Source of the DNA: a bacterium
Lineage (GTDB): Bacteria > Auribacterota > Auribacteria > Auribacterales > Auribacteraceae
Direction: 5' to 3'
NCBI GenBank assembly: GCA_018435605.1
Contig: JAHDNF010000012.1
Coordinates: forward strand, 72,895-136,894
DNA length: 64,000 nt
Under the pieces are notes generated by a model. It saw only the letters and a list, made by a program, of their open reading frames with translations. It did no database searches and was not told where the DNA came from. Of the stretch, positions 14,501 to 20,855 are shown piece after piece. Each line of letters starts with the position of its first letter. Within the stretch, counting starts at the first letter, position 1. The position numbers were made by a program, and so were the translations under genes.

Positions 14501-17221
14501 TTAATTGACCAACGTATGAAAGGCGCTATACCAATTAATTCGGAAACCAAGGAGCCGGAATACAGCTTGTATGCCATTCAACAGGCTTATACGTTGATGG
14601 GACAAACTTCTCAAGCTCTGAAAACCGATCTTGCAGGATTGCGGAATTTACTGAAAAAATTGCCTGTCGGCGAATCGGTGATGGTACACTTACACATTGC
14701 CGAAAGAAAACACTTCATTGGAATTCGTAGTACCGATCAAGGATTTGAGGTGCAGGACCTTACTATGACCAAAGATAAAATTATAAAACCTAGGCGTGAG
14801 TTTGTATTGATGTCGTTGGACGCCATTATAGATCGATACAGCAGGGCGTTCACCGGAAACATATTGGTCAGCGAGAACCTTCCTGATGTTACCGCTCCTG
14901 TGCTGGCTCAGTTTATTTCAGATGGTACATTTAAGATACTTGATGTTGACGAGCAACTGGCGGCTGTTGGGGCTACATCTCATTCTATGGAAATGCTGGT
15001 ATTTCATCAAAAGGATGCTTCTACTCCGTTGATTCTCGCTCAGGAAATGATTCAGTCAATGGCTCCGGAACAGCCTGCGGCAGGTATCGGAGGATATTCT
15101 ATGCGAATGGCATTTCGGCGTCCTACTCATAAATATCTGATGCAACCTCCTGATGATGATGAGCCGATTGAAATGGTAACTGTAGAGATGTTTTTTGATG
15201 TGACTTTTAATCCTGTTACCAAAGAATTACAAGCTAAAGTCAGACAGGTTGTAGACGGCAGGACAACATATCTGACGGTATCTCCTACAGGTGAAATTAT
15301 ACCGACTTTGGCTCCGACACAACAAGAACTTGACGCAATGAATCTTACGCTCGAGCAGTGGGAAGAACGCTTTGTAGTCAGATTTTCTGTCGATCAAATT
15401 ATCGCTATTTTTGGCGAAGATGTAGCTGAAGCGATCGGGATATACCGAAAAAGAATCGCGCGATTGACTCCTGAAAATGTCGATGAACATATTCTTGACA
15501 TTTTCAACATCATAACCGCGAAAATGCTTGAAGATATGATCACTCCGGAACTTGTGTTAACGCGGATTACCGGATATGTCAAAAACGCATCCGATTTTCA
15601 ACCGGAAGTAGTGCGCCGCGTCGATCTCAATAATAGTTATGATAATTTAGCCTTGAATAAGATACGAGAAGCGCTCGGTATGATCAATCTTGAGCGGGAC
15701 GATGTTCTGCTTCTTGTCCGCCAAGGTTCTTTTGAAATGGATGACCAAGGTAAAGTGTCCGTTGTTCCCGAACGTATGCTTGATTTGCTTGCCACAATAC
15801 AGAAAACCGATCTGACGACAATTACTCAAGAAGGTATATATAACGAACTAGTAGGACAGGCTTTAGTCAAATACCGTGACGGCGCGTTAATTGACGCGGT
15901 TGCGCAAGGGTTGCCGGCAGACGCCAGAAATATCGTTGAATCATTATTCGTAGAAAATTATTCCGGCAGTAAAGATCTTCAGAATATTAATGACATTGTC
16001 CGCGAAGTGATAGCCAAAGCATATACCAACCGCTTGATACCGGATGCAACATCGACATTTTTCTCCGGTGAACAGTGGCCGGTTGTAATAAATGCCATAG
16101 AGTTGATTTTAAACGATATAGCGCCGGAGCTATTGACGGTAATTAATCCGACTACAGATACTCCGCAGGCAAATATAACTAGAATTATATCGCAGATGCA
16201 AATGGAACTCGGTCTGCAGGTTACGCCGGATATCCGGAATGCGGTAGCCAATAAAGAAGAAACGCGCTATATATCTTCTGTTATATCGGACAAAACAGCG
16301 TCTGCAATAACGTATCTTAATGACCGAATCGCACGAGTTGGGCTCATCGCCGCTATGACCGAAGGACAAACGCTTAATCAACGTATCAAAGCTGATATGG
16401 ATATTGCCAATCAGCGCGACATGCAGAAAATGGAACTGATTCCGAACATAACGGCTATAAATGCTGATTTCTTCGATACAAAAGATGATATAAATGATTC
16501 TCGAACAATCGGCGTGACACAGAAAATACGTCAGGCGGCGGCTGATCCGAAAAAACTGTTTGTCATATACTCGCTCTCTGATGATGATGCTATGATTAAA
16601 GCCAAATTGGCACCAAAGGGCATCACCGAGGATATGGTTACTATTGTTAGCGCCGTCATGTTCGAAAAAGCGGCCGCTGAAGACCCTGCTATAAAATATA
16701 TGCCCGGTCATGCTACGAATATTCTTATGCTACCGCGAATAGTAAAGCAAGCCCGAGGTATCGCTGATAACGTCGATCTGAGAATGATGGATTTTTCTAT
16801 TCTCGATAATAATCCGGATGTGGTGCAGGTAGCGCTTGATAATCTGGCTTCTGTTTTTGAAGTACCTGCCGGACTGGACGATTCGCAACTTACTGAAGGA
16901 CAGCTAATCGAGACAGGAATCAGCGCTCTTGAACTGGTTGAAATGCTTGAACAGATGGGTGAACCGAACGCTACGTTACCGGAAGATTTACTTATCACTT
17001 ATGTTTCCGAGAAAAACAGGTATTTGCATGATGCGTTCGTAAACTTGAAAGAAATACATAATACCGATGAAATCAGTATTAAGCTTCTGCTCGGATACCT
17101 AAAAATGACCAGTTTAAGCAAGGAAGATTTACGTGGTGTGCGTGTCAAACGTAAAGTTACTGTAAATAAGGGATTTATAGAGAAACTGCAAGCGCAGAGA
17201 GCGCTCGACATATCAGCGTAA
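11504..17221 (+). CDS. Giant exported protein, 1905 aa: signal peptide, TIKI/ChaN/EreA-like N-domain, C39-like cysteine peptidase, C-terminal domain shared with ORF1
   Basis: RBS aaggagg. Basic-then-hydrophobic N-terminus ending YLYA. Motifs HIQDAH, VEGA, RN, TGGFH (aa 61-462); TCAAASAALL (C964), KHFIGI (H1070), VQDL (D1085); tail EKLQAQRALDISA. Confidence 0.92.
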   Translation: MLKRTENRGLRKCLSFLLIHLLLISQLPYLYATVPSNVRYNERYGRTRDSYDGDNGKMIIHIQDAHCIYEAQKNIVGIVRDLYNNHNVRLITVEGADAYFNADELAAFPVQSIKDDVAEFFLKNGRISGAEYLLIQNDLPLALRGAENRDLYIENYNSFLNAMPKPGDKVMTAIDMLDSALETLKILMLNDDLRELDVFHHMHSNGQIEFIDYANYLIGKAGSVDISFENMPNIQILMQSQELEESIDFATIHIEVGELIDAVADIIDREQLTELLNKNLFYKIGRIPPYVFFSFLQEICNKNNIAISAYPNLNTYCEYLGLYDSIDDVAVVSELYDLESDVMEMMFADPIQKELISVSQDISLLRKLMSLKVSKLELKRFQADTDKFTEQRFLAFLKKTVPTYDIPFNFDYDFSAISLKLPMIDNFYKVAVKRNEALIENTLAEMDLEDSNIAVLITGGFHTQGITDILKDEGISYRVISPSITEQPETSYYLTRLTGMPTDIEDRLTANKLQIPLVLADPAIIPDVAAAENFKTAFKTLMEAHPEAVNLEQILAGKPTGYTPTVTFTDAFMIDNIRYLSFNIEGRKMFLAVGAKDMKTVAGVQPTVIGEYAYGFIQEDTFVAQAQNPNRRMIEKQTDLRITIENALARGEKVDLTESQLVWNEQNNADFQDMLARGFLVKQAEGSYLPSIGFLLNSNLSALVVKPRVAQIDSLDAANREFFARRGIKRIEVFSNQTDLTAQDVQLLQQGLSDLMSNKKIELTNGKVVRAVVDAQTGFMQIYSMAPQGPLQIRPQIVINQQIFDAMLPQADRIQVTSALQSQRQGYISIDAMTRTVTLYELNQEGLRSPVGPPTVLPPNITSADVLASVLEMRKRAEEAGIGLIGYGNPEAGYSIAFENLNELLDAVENSPQVKAFLNVHRLLSVVPSLQDIDLTGKQDFNTLMDYLYSLMPDPKTYDDRITCAAASAALLHNVVKIDGIPINFLYLQRKWLLERMLPLIDQRMKGAIPINSETKEPEYSLYAIQQAYTLMGQTSQALKTDLAGLRNLLKKLPVGESVMVHLHIAERKHFIGIRSTDQGFEVQDLTMTKDKIIKPRREFVLMSLDAIIDRYSRAFTGNILVSENLPDVTAPVLAQFISDGTFKILDVDEQLAAVGATSHSMEMLVFHQKDASTPLILAQEMIQSMAPEQPAAGIGGYSMRMAFRRPTHKYLMQPPDDDEPIEMVTVEMFFDVTFNPVTKELQAKVRQVVDGRTTYLTVSPTGEIIPTLAPTQQELDAMNLTLEQWEERFVVRFSVDQIIAIFGEDVAEAIGIYRKRIARLTPENVDEHILDIFNIITAKMLEDMITPELVLTRITGYVKNASDFQPEVVRRVDLNNSYDNLALNKIREALGMINLERDDVLLLVRQGSFEMDDQGKVSVVPERMLDLLATIQKTDLTTITQEGIYNELVGQALVKYRDGALIDAVAQGLPADARNIVESLFVENYSGSKDLQNINDIVREVIAKAYTNRLIPDATSTFFSGEQWPVVINAIELILNDIAPELLTVINPTTDTPQANITRIISQMQMELGLQVTPDIRNAVANKEETRYISSVISDKTASAITYLNDRIARVGLIAAMTEGQTLNQRIKADMDIANQRDMQKMELIPNITAINADFFDTKDDINDSRTIGVTQKIRQAAADPKKLFVIYSLSDDDAMIKAKLAPKGITEDMVTIVSAVMFEKAAAEDPAIKYMPGHATNILMLPRIVKQARGIADNVDLRMMDFSILDNNPDVVQVALDNLASVFEVPAGLDDSQLTEGQLIETGISALELVEMLEQMGEPNATLPEDLLITYVSEKNRYLHDAFVNLKEIHNTDEISIKLLLGYLKMTSLSKEDLRGVRVKRKVTVNKGFIEKLQAQRALDISA

Positions 17222-17306
17222 TCAGTATAATATGTTGATATACGGGAAGGCGTTTCGACAAAGAAACGCTTGATGTATAGAAGAATAACTAAATTTATGT
17301 ATTTTT

Positions 17307-17335
17307 TTGACAAATAACTATATATATGATATTAT
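17307..17335 (+). promoter_or_regulatory. Sigma70-type promoter for the PEP-CTERM gene
   Basis: TTGACA (17307), 17-bp spacer, TATTAT (17330), with an extended -10 TG. Confidence 0.65.
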
Positions 17336-17380
17336 TATTTATAAGACTGAAAACATTCATCTTTAGAGGGGGTATAAATA

Positions 17381-18322
17381 ATGATATCTAAAAAATTGTT
17401 TTTTTCTATAGGGATTATTTTGTTGTGCGCTGTTAATGTCAATGCGATATCGTATCTGTATATATGTGGGATAAATGACGGGAAATTAATTAAAATGGAC
17501 CCTGAATCTGGAGTTATTATAGATACTATAAACGATGGTGGATTGAATAATGCACAGGGTATCTGTTTGGGGCCTGATAATTATTTATATGTAAGCAGTT
17601 ATAACTCAAATCAGATTCTTCGTTACGATAGAGAAGGTAACTTTATCGATGTTTTTTCGCAAGGAACATCAATGATGTATCCTATGGGTATGGATTTCGG
17701 GCCGGATGGTTATTTGTATGTAGCTAGTAATAACGGGACAACACATTTCCAGATTTTGAAAGTTAATCCGAGTAATGGAAACGTATCGGTCTTTGCTAAT
17801 GGCAACCCGCTTTATAAACCTCATGGAATAGAATTTGGTCCGGATGGATTATTGTATGTTTGTAACCAAACCGGACATAATATTATAGCATATGATGTTT
17901 TATCAAATACGTATGAAGGTGTTTTTATCGATGGGTATAGTGCGCCTATTGACATTACATTTAGCTCTAATTTTGATGTCTATGTTGCTGATTATCTGGC
18001 TAATAGGGTATATATTCTTGATCAGAACGGCAATCAGATCGACACTCTTATTACAGGACAATCCGGTTATGTTTATGGACTTGCACTCGATGAAGCATCC
18101 AATATATTGTATGTCAATAATTATGGGACAAGTAATGTACATAAGTTTGATCTTTCAACAAAATTATTGTTAGATACTTTCTATACAGGCGCTAACAATA
18201 ATTATCCAACATTCATTGAGTTTGTATCTTTTTCTACAGATGTAATTCCAGAGCCCACAACAATAATATTGTTTTTATCAGGTGTTATCGCATTATTACG
18301 CAAGAAGAATACTGTACTATAG
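17381..18322 (+). CDS. PEP-CTERM-sorted beta-propeller (NHL/Vgb-like repeat) protein
   Basis: Signal peptide; repeated G(I/M)xFGPDGxLYV blades; C-terminal VIPEPTTIILFLSGVIALLRKK (PEP motif, TM helix, basic tail). Confidence 0.88.
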   Translation: MISKKLFFSIGIILLCAVNVNAISYLYICGINDGKLIKMDPESGVIIDTINDGGLNNAQGICLGPDNYLYVSSYNSNQILRYDREGNFIDVFSQGTSMMYPMGMDFGPDGYLYVASNNGTTHFQILKVNPSNGNVSVFANGNPLYKPHGIEFGPDGLLYVCNQTGHNIIAYDVLSNTYEGVFIDGYSAPIDITFSSNFDVYVADYLANRVYILDQNGNQIDTLITGQSGYVYGLALDEASNILYVNNYGTSNVHKFDLSTKLLLDTFYTGANNNYPTFIEFVSFSTDVIPEPTTIILFLSGVIALLRKKNTVL

Positions 18323-18510
18323 ATTTAAATTATAGGTTATGCCCCAATTAGATATCTTCCACAGTTTTCGTTACAAAATATTGAAGCGCCTTCTTTGATT
18401 TTATGGTTGCAAATATAATTAAGTTCGAATATTATTACAGTTGTAATTAGCGCAAAGAGTGATATCGGTTTCCTTCAGCCGGCGGTGTATCTGCCGGCTT
18501 TATATAGAAT

Positions 18511-18560
18511 AGACAACAGGCCGGAAAAATATTTTTAATGTATCTTCCGGCCTGTTGTCT
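18511..18560. terminator. Inverted repeat between convergent genes, probable terminator
   Basis: Perfect 16-bp stem agacaacaggccggaa / ttccggcctgttgtct with an 18-nt loop; a second smaller agccggc/gccggct hairpin lies just upstream. Confidence 0.55.
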
Positions 18561-18697
18561 TTGACGTATCTTGTGATTTGTCTTCCTTAAAATATCTAAA
18601 GTAGCCTTCACATCACCATAGCTATAGATTTGAAAATAATATGTTTATACAGCTCAGTCGGCTTGGTTTAATATTGGTAACACGAATGGATATCCGA

Positions 18698-20488
18698 TTA
18701 TTTTTTTGAAATCAAATTCAAACACTCTAACGCATTTTGATACGCTGGGTCGATAGAAAGCGCTTTTTTGAAAAATGATACTGCCTCGTCAAATTTATTT
18801 TGCTCCATATATATAACACCGATGTTTTGTAACGCCTGAACGCTTAAAGGATTGATGGCAAGAGCATTCTTGAATGATTCCAGCGCTTTTTCGATATCGG
18901 CGTTATTCTTTTGTAAAAATCCCATGTAAATATAGGCTTTCTCAGAAGGAAACATCTCAATCGCACGTTTGCATTCATCAAGCGCGATATCGAGCTCACG
19001 GGTGCGAAAAGGCTTGGATGTTGTGGCAGGTACCACTATTTGATATTCGTGTTGGGCGATCAAATCGGCGTTTTTTGCTGTATTCCTAAGATAAATAATG
19101 GAATTATCATCCCAGTATACAATTCTCCAGTCGGGTCGGTAGGCTATGGGCTGTATAGGATCGCTTGACGACCGGCGAAATGCGGAGTAATCAGCCACCA
19201 CAATGTCTATATCCAATAACTTGAGGGTATCTTCAAAGCCGGAGCGCGCTTGAGCTATAGTCTCGTAGGAGCGTGTAATCTCTCCAGCCGATTCTGTAAT
19301 TCGTCCATCTATAAATATCTGATATTTCGGGTATAGGTGATACGCTAAAAAACCGCCCCATTCACGGTAATTTAGCAGTTTGCCTTCAGGATTATATTTA
19401 TCTAAAAACTTAACCGCCCCATAAGGATATGCGGTTCGGTCGATTTCCGGGCGGAATAGTAGTCCGCGTCTTTGCAGTCCATGCACCGTATATCCCAGTA
19501 CAGCGATAAGCGCAATGTAGACGCCGTAATGTACGGTTGATCTTAGCGAGGAAGGTATTTTGGCGCGTACAGGGGCAATTCTTTGCATAAAATGTGGAAA
19601 TACTGAACATAGAAGATATCCGGCGGATACTACGGAATAAAATATAAAGTGACTCTTTAGTAGCGCCATGCAGGTAAACAATACAAAGGGAAACAATATG
19701 GAAAATCGTATATACCGTATAGCTATTATTGCTATAAACCCGACTACGGATATATATATTAGATACAATCCCGATTGCCCGATAACAATCGGCAACCATT
19801 CGGGACACCGAATTATGTATTCCGTTGGATACGCAAAATTAAACATATATGTATATACATGATATGTGTAAGGAGTTAAAAATGATGCGATAACGCATAA
19901 TGCCGTGGATACCGCCACTCTGCGGATAGAACCTTTTATGCGCCATGTTTTATTTTGTACATAAACATCTATCGCTTTACCGATGGAAAATGAGCATACA
20001 AGCAGTATCCCTGTAATAAAACCGCCGTGAAGATTCGCCCAGATTACCATGATCAAAGGTAGAATATAAAGATACGGTTTTCTGCGTGTGTCGTAATATC
20101 CTTCGAGTAAGAGGTAAAATAAAGGAAAGAGCAGGTAAGAGAAAAAGATCGGCTTGCATATATTTATACTTTGAGATGTGATAATAAAAATTATTGCGCA
20201 GGTTATAACGCTTAATACTGTATTGCACGTAAATTTTCTGCACATGAGAAAAATAAGGACAAAACCCATAAAAACGCATATTGCTTTCAGGATGATAATC
20301 GCTTTAAGTCCGGCCCTTACGTTAATCAACTCGAAAAGTACTGTCGATAACCATGAATGAATAATCCATGGAATTGAAGTGGGTGTATTTAGAAAAATAT
20401 CATGACTGGGGATAGACAAATTGGCAAGGATGTATTCTCCGGTTTTCAAATGTAACCAGAAATCGTCATTGCGTAGCGGCGAAAGCAT
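18698..20488 (-). CDS. Polytopic membrane protein (GT-C/PMT-like N-terminus) with C-terminal TPR repeats
   Basis: N-terminal DDFWLHLKTGEYI motif, ~10 hydrophobic helices, WANLHGGF, IFIDGR, then TPRs (ALESFKNALAINP..., AVSFFKKALSIDP...). Confidence 0.75.
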   Translation of the reverse strand: MLSPLRNDDFWLHLKTGEYILANLSIPSHDIFLNTPTSIPWIIHSWLSTVLFELINVRAGLKAIIILKAICVFMGFVLIFLMCRKFTCNTVLSVITCAIIFIITSQSINICKPIFFSYLLFPLFYLLLEGYYDTRRKPYLYILPLIMVIWANLHGGFITGILLVCSFSIGKAIDVYVQNKTWRIKGSIRRVAVSTALCVIASFLTPYTYHVYTYMFNFAYPTEYIIRCPEWLPIVIGQSGLYLIYISVVGFIAIIAIRYIRFSILFPFVLFTCMALLKSHFIFYSVVSAGYLLCSVFPHFMQRIAPVRAKIPSSLRSTVHYGVYIALIAVLGYTVHGLQRRGLLFRPEIDRTAYPYGAVKFLDKYNPEGKLLNYREWGGFLAYHLYPKYQIFIDGRITESAGEITRSYETIAQARSGFEDTLKLLDIDIVVADYSAFRRSSSDPIQPIAYRPDWRIVYWDDNSIIYLRNTAKNADLIAQHEYQIVVPATTSKPFRTRELDIALDECKRAIEMFPSEKAYIYMGFLQKNNADIEKALESFKNALAINPLSVQALQNIGVIYMEQNKFDEAVSFFKKALSIDPAYQNALECLNLISKK

Positions 20489-20855
20489 CCATCCCAGAAT
20501 AATAACGCTAACCAGTATAAGAGTTATCGCCTTAAATATTTTATATAGAAAATTATGTTTCGTAATGTTTTATTAAACCCCTTGATAATATTAAGGCGAT
20601 ATAGTAAACGATCTTTTAAAACGTAACAATGTTTTTATTTATCCGGAGAGTTTGTGTATAGAAAGATCTTTTATTTAGCGTAATCTGTTTTTCTGCCGGA
20701 CAAGAATAAAATGGAATGAACTTTGCTCATAACTTTTTTTCTAAACTTATAACATTCGTTGTTGTATTTTTATGCGTTGTTATTATCTTTGAATTCAGAT
20801 ACTATCATTATTCGAAATCCGGCAATCTAAAAAAATATTCGATAAGGGAGATTAT

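Noticed and set aside
9230-16600. Short xAM motifs (AIAMS, IDAMR, YDAMG, DDAMI) as recurring linker or cleavage motifs in the giant proteins
   Set aside because: Too short, too few, and not consistently at domain boundaries to distinguish from chance by eye.
17246-17270. Hairpin aggcgtttc/gaaacgctt after ORF2 as a terminator
   Set aside because: The stem is short with a terminal G:T wobble and there is no T tract, so support is too weak to call.
980-17313. Dozens of 60-190 aa antisense or off-frame ORFs nested in the two giant genes
   Set aside because: Shadow frames of long coding sequence; none has a recognisable motif or a convincing RBS.
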